Of a stretch of DNA of 24,000 nt, positions 14,115 to 22,769 are shown piece after piece. The stretch covers positions 78,428 to 102,427 of the forward strand of contig NZ_JABAIJ010000004.1 of the NCBI RefSeq assembly GCF_012641435.1, read 5' to 3'. Numbering within the stretch: position 1 is the stretch's first letter; every line of letters starts with the position of its first letter. The DNA is from Rhizobium sp. P38BS-XIX. Its GTDB lineage: Bacteria; Pseudomonadota; Alphaproteobacteria; Rhizobiales; Rhizobiaceae. A program made the position numbers and the translations under genes. The notes beneath the pieces are model-generated. The model saw nothing but the letters and a program-made list of their open reading frames with translations, was not told the origin of the DNA and ran no database searches.

Positions 14115-16091
14115 TCAGCTATCCACTCTTGGCTGTCGCCAGCCATGTCTGCCCGTCAAGAGCTGGATGTCAGCAAACGCTATCTCGGTCCAGAAATCTC
14201 TCGTCCCGAACGTGAGGTGCTTTAGAGGACGGAATGCGGCAGACACGGATGGCGCACGATCCAGTGCATAGAGTAGCTGGCCAAGGTCCATCCAATAAAC
14301 ATCGATGAAGTATGGGAACAAATCGAGCTCTCCTCGGTCATTGGTGGGCGCGATCTTGGCGAGCCGATCAAGAACCTCGGTTGTTGCCGCATTGAAGTCC
14401 TCAATAGCCTTTACATCTTCGGCCATAGGGCTGAGCGAACCGAACCTTCGGCCCAGAATTGCCGGCATGGCATTGGCGGTGAGCAACCGGTCCATGATTG
14501 GGCCGTAGCTCAGCGGAGAAACAGCCACCTTGAAAACCGTGAGATCTTCCGTCTTGTCGTCACCGGAAGTCAGGGGCGGTAGACCAGTCTTACGAAGATA
14601 GAAGTCGTGGCGCACCAGTTGCTTCAGCATCGCAAGGAAACTATCGGCGTAGTCGATAAATCCCGAGTAGATGATCCCCGATCGTGCTTTGGCGGTGAGC
14701 GACTTGGCCTTAGTCTCGAACAGCACGAGCGCGCCTTCATCCCGCGTGCCGACGTCAAGTTGAAACACATGGTTGTCGCGTTCGTAGGATACATCCGGCG
14801 CCACAATGGGTGGCGACTTCTCGCGGCACGCGGCCGCAATCGCCAATTCCAGCACCTGCCCCGTAACTTCGGCAGCTCGCGCTTTAGGTAACCGTTGCCA
14901 GATCAACCTAAACAGCATCTCGCAGGCGGCGTTGACCGCAAGCGGACGCGGCAGCAAGGCGACGCTGTTGTCCGGTGCTTCGAAGATCAGAAACCTGTCC
15001 TGGTTTCGGCGGTGACTGTCTGCCGGTTCTTTGTAGCCGGGATTGACCTTGTCTTTGTTGCCGAAAGCTTCGCGCCAAAGGATCGGGTGCGAAGCACGAA
15101 CTGGCCCGGATGCGAAAAGCCGAAGTTCGGTATCGTGACTCTGAACGAGGAGGAGCCGCAGCTCGTTCAGTAGATCGATTAACTTGAACCCGAGCTTTTC
15201 CTCATCGACCGGCTTCAGGCAAGCTTTCAGAGCATCGCCAATTTTCATCACGATGAGCTGCGGCGCCTGCGGAAGCGAAAACAGCTCGCGCCATGTGATA
15301 CTTTCCCTCAGAACCCGCTCGAACTCCTCTGGCGGAATCCCAGCCATTTGCTCGTACTGGCTGTATCGCTGGCAGTCGTGGATGGCGGCAAAGTCTCTCG
15401 CCAAATCCGTTAGCGTTTTCCAGGCAACCTCTGGCTTGTTTGCGCTGCCCGGAGAGCCCAGGTTAGCGATGGCAAGTGTTAGGAGCCAGCCCCATGGATA
15501 GGCGGGCTCATACTCTCCCGGCGTTGATGATACCCTGTTGCCGAAGATGAAAAACCCGTCATGGACTGCCTTGCTCTCAACCAATACCCGAAAAATCTGC
15601 TGGGCGCAGGAAGCTCCCCCTAAAAGCTTCACCAGCGAGATAACCTGATCGCAGATTTGCTTGACGGTTTCCAGCGATGCATACGGTCCGAAAGCCGAAG
15701 CTTCAATTCTATATCCTCGCTTCATCAGGCGACCCGCGGCCTTACCAACATAAACTACCCGCTCGGGCCATGACGGATCCTTAAGAAAGTCAGGCTGCTT
15801 CTTCGCCCAGCATATCGCTTCCATCCACGCCTCTGGGTGGTCGAAACCGACATATCGATCCCCGGACACATCCTTGCTCAATATGCCAAATGTGATTGCA
15901 ACTGCTTCGGACATTAGACCTGCTGAGGCCAAAATCTTAATTGAGTGCGACAATCGCCTGAGATCTGCTGCGTGCAAGCCACCTTCTGCAGCCGCTAGAA
16001 GTTTTCTGGGCGGACGCGGGTCGGCGAAGCAGCTCTCCTCGGCGTTCAGGAAATATTCCTCGAAAAGCTTATGATCATCTTTGTGCAGCAT
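14115..16091 (-). CDS. hypothetical 658-aa protein with PD-(D/E)xK nuclease core
   Basis: Long ORF. The core runs GQVLELAI (helix E), then FQLD(446)VG, then LVLFE(459)TK(461)AK; D is at nt 14754-56, E at 14715-17 and K at 14709-11. This is the classical D...ExK arrangement. No Walker A motif. Confidence 0.9.
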   Translation of the reverse strand: MLHKDDHKLFEEYFLNAEESCFADPRPPRKLLAAAEGGLHAADLRRLSHSIKILASAGLMSEAVAITFGILSKDVSGDRYVGFDHPEAWMEAICWAKKQPDFLKDPSWPERVVYVGKAAGRLMKRGYRIEASAFGPYASLETVKQICDQVISLVKLLGGASCAQQIFRVLVESKAVHDGFFIFGNRVSSTPGEYEPAYPWGWLLTLAIANLGSPGSANKPEVAWKTLTDLARDFAAIHDCQRYSQYEQMAGIPPEEFERVLRESITWRELFSLPQAPQLIVMKIGDALKACLKPVDEEKLGFKLIDLLNELRLLLVQSHDTELRLFASGPVRASHPILWREAFGNKDKVNPGYKEPADSHRRNQDRFLIFEAPDNSVALLPRPLAVNAACEMLFRLIWQRLPKARAAEVTGQVLELAIAAACREKSPPIVAPDVSYERDNHVFQLDVGTRDEGALVLFETKAKSLTAKARSGIIYSGFIDYADSFLAMLKQLVRHDFYLRKTGLPPLTSGDDKTEDLTVFKVAVSPLSYGPIMDRLLTANAMPAILGRRFGSLSPMAEDVKAIEDFNAATTEVLDRLAKIAPTNDRGELDLFPYFIDVYWMDLGQLLYALDRAPSVSAAFRPLKHLTFGTRDFWTEIAFADIQLLTGRHGWRQPRVDS

Positions 16092-16849
16092 CGGGCCACA
16101 CTATTCGATCCATCAGTCTTGCAAAAGGTTCCCGCTATCAGAAGGAGTGTATTAGAATAACTGCTTTTACATCCGATCATTGTTGAATGACCACAGTAGG
16201 TGCGCTCACCGCTCAAATGTGGCAACCATGGAGCGACCACTATATGACTGAGCTGCTTAAAACCTGACGTGCAGGATACCAACCCATCACTGCCAAAGGA
16301 GTTACGCAATCAGACCGGCAGCTCTCCAACGTCGGCGTTCCGATTTATATGGCTGACATAAAGCTGCGAAGCTAGCGAAGGTTTCGCCTTGAAGGGATAA
16401 GAACCGCCGGCCCGTAATCTGATTTGGCTAAGCTATTGAAAAACATCACCGCGGCGTGACGTTAGTCTACGTGACCGAACACACCGACCGGCGGATTTCA
16501 TGCGAATCCAACGTTGTGCGACACTTATTACCAGCACGAGATCACAGGGGTTTTTCATTTCCTCTCGCGAATGCTCAAACATCCGCGACCTAATTCGCGC
16601 CAACAGGGTTGCCATGCACATTGCCGGCGGGCAAAAAGATCATGGCCATATTTCCCGGCATAACCTATTTTGAGCGGTTGTTAATCTTAGACAGCGCATT
16701 ATAAATTGAGCCGCCGCGAGAGCCAGAGGCGTCCGCTCTGGACAGCCAAATGCGCTTTCTGCGGCTTGACGGCGTCAGTCACTCTCTTGGGCGAAACCCA
16801 TGCCCGACGCAGTACCGGCTCAGGTCATCGTTCTTCACTCGATAAGTCG

Positions 16850-17839
16850 TTAGAGGAAAATGTTGTTGCCGACGTCCATGAACGAGGCGAAGCCAAGATG
16901 ACCTTCGAGATGAATTTTCACCAGATAATTGCCATCTTGAAGCTGTGCAGGAAACCGCCAGCTCGTTGACGGCAGGGGTGGTCGCGCTGGGCTAGAGGGA
17001 TTTCGGTAGTCGACGCGCTTTGCCCCGTCAGACGACCACACATCGACACGGATATCGATAGGTGCGTAATCCTGTCGAGGGCTGAACTGTGCAACAACGC
17101 CATCACGCGCGATCGCGACTTTTTCGACGTAGACGAAACGCTTGTCGAATACGAGCAGGTCATCAGATACCAACACGCGGTCGCGCCACCCGTTGGCGTC
17201 AGGTCCGAGCATATGGAGGAGCGTCGATGCCTCTGCATCCGTCCTGCAGTAAATCCATTGCAAGGTTTGAGCCAATGACATCGGTGACGTCACCAAAACC
17301 TCCGCACACCGGTGATCAATGATTGAGCGATCACCTGCGATATCGCCTTCATGATAGACCTTGTGGAAGGGTATCGACGAAAAGTAGGCCTCGGTGTCAC
17401 CCACTGAAGCAGACGCGAGCTGCATGTTCCGGTCGCTAAAGCACACACCATCCCGAAGAAGGACGCTCCGAGCGTCGAAAACGAACATGATCAGGATCGG
17501 GGCATGGGAATTCTCGCCGTGGGCGCACTCGCCAGGCTTGCGGATACCCTCGATATGCCATTGCGTCGGAGTTCGCGGCCGGAAGTAAATCCGACCGAAC
17601 TCGTGTGCATGGTTGCGTGCGTCGATCACGCCAACGCCGGCAACATCCCTCACCCGCGCATTCTGGGCGTCGTTTCTCGACCTGAGATTCCCGTCTCTCA
17701 GGATTGCCACCGCGTTTTCGATTGGCGCATGATGAAAAAGCCTTGCCGGCCACCGACCACGATAGGGTCGGTAGCTCCCCGCCAGATTTGCCGACCAGGT
17801 GGCGATATGGCTGTCTACAAAAGCACCGCTCAGTGCCAT
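16850..17839 (-). CDS. darT: DarT-like DNA ADP-ribosyltransferase (DUF4433) with ~95-aa C-terminal extension
   Basis: RLFHHAPIENAVAILRDGNL, FGRIYFRPRTP, VCFSDRNMQ and HRCAE(180)VLV correspond to the conserved DarT/DUF4433 blocks (YHITHxxNL, YVPFYFxPRSP, FTDRH, AEFLV). I place the start at ATG 17839 (M87 of the listed 415-aa ORF), which overlaps the macro gene stop by 10 nt. Confidence 0.88.
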   Translation of the reverse strand: MALSGAFVDSHIATWSANLAGSYRPYRGRWPARLFHHAPIENAVAILRDGNLRSRNDAQNARVRDVAGVGVIDARNHAHEFGRIYFRPRTPTQWHIEGIRKPGECAHGENSHAPILIMFVFDARSVLLRDGVCFSDRNMQLASASVGDTEAYFSSIPFHKVYHEGDIAGDRSIIDHRCAEVLVTSPMSLAQTLQWIYCRTDAEASTLLHMLGPDANGWRDRVLVSDDLLVFDKRFVYVEKVAIARDGVVAQFSPRQDYAPIDIRVDVWSSDGAKRVDYRNPSSPARPPLPSTSWRFPAQLQDGNYLVKIHLEGHLGFASFMDVGNNIFL

Positions 17840-18741
17840 TGCAGCGTCATCTGTTCGGTTGACTGGGCATCGGCGGGCGCAATGCTCGTTGCCGGTTGGG
17901 CCAGTTCTAGTGCCAGCTCGGATGCCGCGTCGCCGAAGCGCTGTATTTCGATGAGACGGACGAATGGTAGCAAAGCAAGGAGCGATATCAGCGCGCTCCC
18001 ACTTTCGAACGCCGCCCAGCCGGCCTTCTCTTGAGTGAGAAAGCCCTTCTGGAGGGAAACCCAGATGCCCCAGAGGTCTTCGGCGTCGAAGGCCCACTCT
18101 ACATTGGGCGTCGATAGCCGGAGTTCGGTCCCATCATACTCAGCGCTGAGCCGTTCGTGCGAGCTCAAGTCGATGAAATTCGGTCCGGCGAGCTCGATGG
18201 CACGCGGAAGCATAGACAGAAATTCGGTGTAGGAGGGTGCAGTATCGATCTCCCCTGCCAGGATAGATGGCACGTGCTCCAGGTGTTCAGGCAAGCCGAT
18301 CTTCTTATCGAAGTCGTGGATAAAGATCTGGATTTTTAGGGGGGCTAGATAATGCTCCATCACCGGCTGCACGTTGTCCCAATTGAGACCTCCATTGCCA
18401 CAACCCAAACGCGGAAACGAGATTTCTCGGATTCCGAGCTCGGAGAAGCCACTTACGAACCTCTGAAGGCCCTGCTCGATCCATTCGAGTTTCGACGGAT
18501 TGCGCCAATGATCCTTCGTCGGAAAGTTCAGAACCCATTGGGTCGATCCTTTCCAAAGCCACAGCTTTCCCGGCCGAAGGAGCTTTTGCTCGCAGATCCT
18601 GCGATATGCCGCATACATCTGCGGCTCGCGGTCCCGGAACTCCTTTGCGATCCCTTTGCCCATGACTCCAACGCAATTCACTGTGTTGACCAGTGTCTGG
18701 GCGGACGACTCGAGCAGGCTGGTTCGACGGTAGATCAACAT
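17830..18741 (-). CDS. darG: DarG-like macrodomain protein (ADP-ribose hydrolase antitoxin candidate)
   Basis: From M39 of the listed ORF: MLIYRRTSLLESSAQTLVNTVNCVGVMGKGIAKEF...WVLNFPTKDHWRNPS...ISFPRLGCGNGGLNW. This is the DarG/TARG1-type macrodomain signature, followed by a ~150-aa C-terminal domain. The 38 upstream codons look non-coding. Confidence 0.88.
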   Translation of the reverse strand: MLIYRRTSLLESSAQTLVNTVNCVGVMGKGIAKEFRDREPQMYAAYRRICEQKLLRPGKLWLWKGSTQWVLNFPTKDHWRNPSKLEWIEQGLQRFVSGFSELGIREISFPRLGCGNGGLNWDNVQPVMEHYLAPLKIQIFIHDFDKKIGLPEHLEHVPSILAGEIDTAPSYTEFLSMLPRAIELAGPNFIDLSSHERLSAEYDGTELRLSTPNVEWAFDAEDLWGIWVSLQKGFLTQEKAGWAAFESGSALISLLALLPFVRLIEIQRFGDAASELALELAQPATSIAPADAQSTEQMTLQWH

Positions 18742-19326
18742 AGTGTTTGCCGCATTCCTTCCAACATAGTCTCGCGAGCATAGGTAGAACGAAAACGTGT
18801 TGATGTGAAGACATAGGCGGCATGTGGCATTGAAATCGAAATAGGCGCCCTTCAAAACCTCGAGAGGATGAAACTCGTATTGTCCCTCCCAACTGAAGTG
18901 GGTACCTGCTGATCAGTGACTTAACCTTACAGGGATGAGGAGATTTCACCTGGACGAGGAGGCCGTGGAGGTAGGAATTCGCCTAATTTTAACCGACCAA
19001 AGACGCTGAAGTTGAGGATCGAGCAGGAAGGTGCGATCTCACGATGGTAGCCAGGTCTTCAGCTGACGGAAATCGCGTACGCTGTTCTCGACAACATGAT
19101 CGGAGATTTTCTAATCATCGGAGTTATGGATAGCCAACTCGAGTAACAGTTTTCCCCTGCATGTTTGGCAAAAATGATACTCCCTGGCTAACGCAATGTC
19201 CTTGAACAATTCACGGGAAGGTAGCAATCTTGTAAGGGCTGACGGGAGCAAAAAATGGGCGATATGGCTTGTCCGTAGTGCCCCCCAAGGGGCCAAAGAA
19301 CTAGTTTGAAAAGATAGAGGGATTTG

Positions 19327-19647
19327 ATGGAAACTTGGCAAGCTGCTTTTGTTGGCGCTATTGGGGCGATTTTGCCTGACCTGCTCAAGGCAATCAGAAA
19401 GCGCTTCCAAAAACGGCCGGCTTATCTCGGTACGGGTTGGTATTGGTCGATGCTGGCCGTTTTGGCTGTATTGGGCGCCGTCGTCGTGGCGTTCCGCCAT
19501 CCTGCCGATGCCTTGGAGGGGCTGGCGTTTGGGGCCGTCGCACCGGTTTTCCTTGCTCAAATTCTCGGCGTCGAGAAAGATGACCATTTGGGCACCGAAG
19601 CTAAGCCCGACTTTATTCACCAGGTGCGCCTGTGGTGGGGGTCGTGA
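19327..19647 (+). CDS. small membrane protein (106 aa, 2-3 predicted TM helices)
   Basis: GAGGG lies 5 nt upstream of the ATG at 19327. Hydrophobic helices: AAFVGAIGAIL, WYWSMLAVLAVLGAVVVAF, LEGLAFGAVAPVFLAQILGV. The stop TGA at 19645-47 overlaps a GTG of the next gene. Confidence 0.65.
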   Translation: METWQAAFVGAIGAILPDLLKAIRKRFQKRPAYLGTGWYWSMLAVLAVLGAVVVAFRHPADALEGLAFGAVAPVFLAQILGVEKDDHLGTEAKPDFIHQVRLWWGS

Positions 19648-22600
19648 GAATTGTCGATGCGTCAATCAGGACCAGTCTGTTCAAACGAACGCTCACGCTG
19701 AGCGACATCGATCGCGCGGCCGATTTCATAGTGCCAGGACGAAATCTGCCGTTCGCACCCAAACCAATCAACCTTTGGAGTGAAGACGCTCAAAAGCAGT
19801 TTGATTCCTGTTTCGGTTCTTCGGGGATCGCCAGCGATCTCGACAAGCGCATGTTCAACAGAGCTGGTCCGACGATTCTTCGTGTCCCTGCAGCTGAAGC
19901 AGATCTTGTGCCGTGGGAGGCCTTCCAGCGTCAGCTGGATACGGCGAACCGTCGAAAGTTGGCGATTGTCAGGGCGATCGACCAAGATAAAGCCTTCAGG
20001 TTCGACAAGACGCCGTCGCGGATGCGGATCCTGGCGCTGGTGGGGCATCCGGGCGACGACACGGCCTTCGATCCCGGCAACGCTCAAACGTTTCTCACCT
20101 CTGTGTTCAACGCCGCCGTCACCGCAAATCCTCGGGTCGAAAGAGCGGTAGTGACTCAGCTTCGCCGCCAAAACCTTGCAGACTGCATCAGCGTGGTCAC
20201 CGATCTCAACCCTAACGTCCTTCTCTTCTTCGGTCACGGCGGGCATTCGCCGCCCAGAATACGACTCGCCGCAGGCGATGACGGCTGGATGGAGCTCGGC
20301 GCCTTTGTAGACGAAGTCTTCATGAACGCGTCCCAGCGGCCCGCGTTCTGGATTTTCTGGGCATGCTCACTTGCGGAGAATGCCAACCAGCCCGACCAAC
20401 ATCTCGATTCACCCCAGATGCTCAGTGTCCTTGGAGAGCGGGGCGGCATCGCGGCGTTGGCGATGCGATCGCGCATTCAAATCAGAACAGCGCGGGTCAT
20501 GCTTGAGGCACTCCTCAGCGCTATCGCTGCAGGTGAGCCTCTCGAGATCGCTGCCGGTCTATCGCGTGCGGCCTGCCTCGAAAGCTTCCCTGAGACTCGT
20601 GGGCGCATGGACTACGCCGCGCCGGCTGTCTGGTCGCGAAGTGAACCTGTCGACCGCATAACTTGGGGCGCAGACGAAGCCTTCCCAGCGTCATGGGTCG
20701 CGTTGCCCTTGATCGCAACCGGAAATGAATTTCCGGAATTCGCCGCCGGCAGTGCAGATGTCGATGATGTGACTGCCTCTCTCGCCGAAACTTGGGCTAC
20801 CCCGGGCCGTTTTTTCATCTCTACGAGCAATGGCGGAGAATCTGTCGAGGACGTTGCAGTTAGAGCGAGGCTCGTTGGCGTCGCGGCAATGATCCGTAAG
20901 CGGACCGGGCGCCCCGTCGTGCCGGTTTTCTTGCGCACAGGAACCACGTTCGACCAACGTCTGGGAAACTGGGCTGGAGATGCGCACGGCTATCTCGATC
21001 CGCGCTTTCATGACCGCGAACTGGCGATGGCGATCGCATCGATCGCCACCGAGCGCCTAAACGGCCTGTCGCGGTTGTTGGCCATTCCAGAGGTGGTCGT
21101 GATATTCTCCGAACCGCCAGATCGATCAGCCGGATGGGACGTATTGGCGAACACGCCGACAGGCTCCTCTGTTGTCGTGCTCGGGCGGTTTCCATCTGCC
21201 GAAACGGCAGGTTGGATTTTGGATACGCTTATGTTTCGCCCAAACGCTGAAGAACTCTCGAACATCATTGTGGAGGAGCCGCTCGGCTGCGCTATCCTTG
21301 GTGTGATCGAGCGACCTATCGCGTTACGTGAGGTAGAGCGCATGACGGGGTCGAGTGCAGGGGCTCTTGATCGGCTTGACCCTCTCCTCGTGCGCGTTGG
21401 CAGCCGGCGCGTCTTAGCGGAAACTGTCCGCAAAACGCTCCGCGACAACCTCGACAAAAACGTGGTCGTCGAAGCCCGTGAAAAATGCATTCACTTCCTC
21501 AGCGAAAACTCGGTTGAACATGACTTCGACGCCACTGTCGAAGTTTGCAACCAGCATCTGGCTCTCGGCCGCGACGCAGCAGCAGCGGAAGTGGTCAACG
21601 CCGCATGGGCGGTATGCGGCGACCTTTGGTCGGTCCAAAAACGCCTGCGTTTGTTCAATCTGGCCGCCACCCGCGCAAAACTTTGCGATCTACTCCAAGA
21701 CGATCTTTTGCTTGCTTTAGCGCAAGCAGCCGTCACCGCCCAGGAAACACAAGTTGCTCGGCTCGTCCTCGAAGCTTTCCGTCCGCGCTCTGCGACGCAC
21801 AAAGCTCGTCGACACGCTATGCTGGCCGAATGTCTAAAAGCCGATGCCGGCCGGCCGGCGGCGATCGCGGGGATGTGGCGGCATGCCAATGATGCCCTAG
21901 TAAGCGCCGAAGCCGCTGTCGCCGCCGGCGAGGGTATGACGGAAACCGATGTGCTGGCGTTCCGCCACGATCTCGCTCGGCTCGAGCAATATTTTCGACA
22001 CGATTATCAAGGCGCCTTGAAGCTGTACCAAGACATCCGTGACCTGCTTCGCACACAGGCTAAGAATGACATGGCATTGGCCTACCTGTTTGCTGCTTCA
22101 TCCCGCAATGCCGCAGAATGCCTACTCGATCCCGCCCAACGACCTCTCGACCCCACCATCCGAGAGCAAGCTGAGGATCTTGTCGAAGAGGGACTCGGTA
22201 TGGTCTCGATGTTTTCCCTCAAGCAGGTCGAAGCGGAGCTTCTGTATACCCGGGCCAGAATCGCCGAAGCCGCTGGCGACGATATCGCCGCGGCCGGGCT
22301 CCTTGCGCAACTGGCAAGTGGATCCAGCGCCCGAAACTATCCCCTGTTGGCTGCGATCGCCAACGATCGGCTTGCTTGGAACGAGCAGAGGCAGGGCCGC
22401 CGCGTTTTTAGCTGGGAAGATCTAGAGGGGCGCTTACGGATGCTCGATCTCTTCGATCATTCGTGGGCTGCAAGGGTTGCCATCAAAACCAGGCTACGTG
22501 CAGCCAAATTACTCTATCACCGCGGTTCTCAGCTCGATCTGGATCGGGCAAGACAGCTGCTTGAAGAGAACCATCGTGAATTCAGGCGCCTGACGCATCT

Positions 22601-22769
22601 GTCTGGAGGCGAAGATGCCCAAAACGCCGCTGGCACATTCTCTGGCCTCGACGTGCTTTCCGGCGGCTCCAGACAAACCTGGCGGGAATTTCTGGTCAAT
22701 CCGCTCTCACAGAGGATTTCGGAGGAATGGAAGAAGCGAACTGCCAAGGAAATGTGGGAGGCTGCGTAA
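19632..22769 (+). CDS. CHAT-domain (caspase-like) protease with C-terminal TPR-like helical repeats
   Basis: 1045-aa ORF with a His-Cys dyad in CHAT context: NVLLFFGH(202)GGH (nt 20235-37) and PAFWIFWAC(245)SLAE (nt 20364-66). The C-terminal ~400 aa are alanine/leucine-rich helical repeats (e.g. YQGALKLYQDIRDLL). The start is GTG 19632 (AGGTG upstream) or GTG 19644 (GTGA overlap). Confidence 0.88.
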   Translation: MVGVVRIVDASIRTSLFKRTLTLSDIDRAADFIVPGRNLPFAPKPINLWSEDAQKQFDSCFGSSGIASDLDKRMFNRAGPTILRVPAAEADLVPWEAFQRQLDTANRRKLAIVRAIDQDKAFRFDKTPSRMRILALVGHPGDDTAFDPGNAQTFLTSVFNAAVTANPRVERAVVTQLRRQNLADCISVVTDLNPNVLLFFGHGGHSPPRIRLAAGDDGWMELGAFVDEVFMNASQRPAFWIFWACSLAENANQPDQHLDSPQMLSVLGERGGIAALAMRSRIQIRTARVMLEALLSAIAAGEPLEIAAGLSRAACLESFPETRGRMDYAAPAVWSRSEPVDRITWGADEAFPASWVALPLIATGNEFPEFAAGSADVDDVTASLAETWATPGRFFISTSNGGESVEDVAVRARLVGVAAMIRKRTGRPVVPVFLRTGTTFDQRLGNWAGDAHGYLDPRFHDRELAMAIASIATERLNGLSRLLAIPEVVVIFSEPPDRSAGWDVLANTPTGSSVVVLGRFPSAETAGWILDTLMFRPNAEELSNIIVEEPLGCAILGVIERPIALREVERMTGSSAGALDRLDPLLVRVGSRRVLAETVRKTLRDNLDKNVVVEAREKCIHFLSENSVEHDFDATVEVCNQHLALGRDAAAAEVVNAAWAVCGDLWSVQKRLRLFNLAATRAKLCDLLQDDLLLALAQAAVTAQETQVARLVLEAFRPRSATHKARRHAMLAECLKADAGRPAAIAGMWRHANDALVSAEAAVAAGEGMTETDVLAFRHDLARLEQYFRHDYQGALKLYQDIRDLLRTQAKNDMALAYLFAASSRNAAECLLDPAQRPLDPTIREQAEDLVEEGLGMVSMFSLKQVEAELLYTRARIAEAAGDDIAAAGLLAQLASGSSARNYPLLAAIANDRLAWNEQRQGRRVFSWEDLEGRLRMLDLFDHSWAARVAIKTRLRAAKLLYHRGSQLDLDRARQLLEENHREFRRLTHLSGGEDAQNAAGTFSGLDVLSGGSRQTWREFLVNPLSQRISEEWKKRTAKEMWEAA

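Noticed and set aside
16850-18097. Full 415-aa version of the DarT-like ORF starting at 18097
   Set aside because: The first 86 codons (MGLRRRRPLGHLGFPPEG..., Arg/Gly-rich) lie entirely inside the macrodomain gene in another frame and have no DarT similarity. The ATG at 17839 gives an N-terminus that aligns with compact DarT proteins.
17830-18855. Full 341-aa version of the macrodomain ORF starting at 18855
   Set aside because: The first 38 residues (MKGAYFDFNATCRLCLHINTFSFYLCSRDY...) look non-protein-like. DarG-type macrodomains begin right at the MLIYRRTSLLES-equivalent position (ATG 18741).
19111-19665. 184-aa minus-strand ORF
   Set aside because: It is antisense to the small TM gene, which has a good SD and is coupled to the CHAT gene. 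Its composition is Pro/Ser/Gln-rich and unprotein-like, and its 3' part contains no internal start.
22727-22768. Upstream ATG (22727) for the Gly-rich protein
   Set aside because: It lies inside the CHAT gene with no SD. ATG 22769 has GGGAGG 7 nt upstream and a TAATG stop-start overlap.
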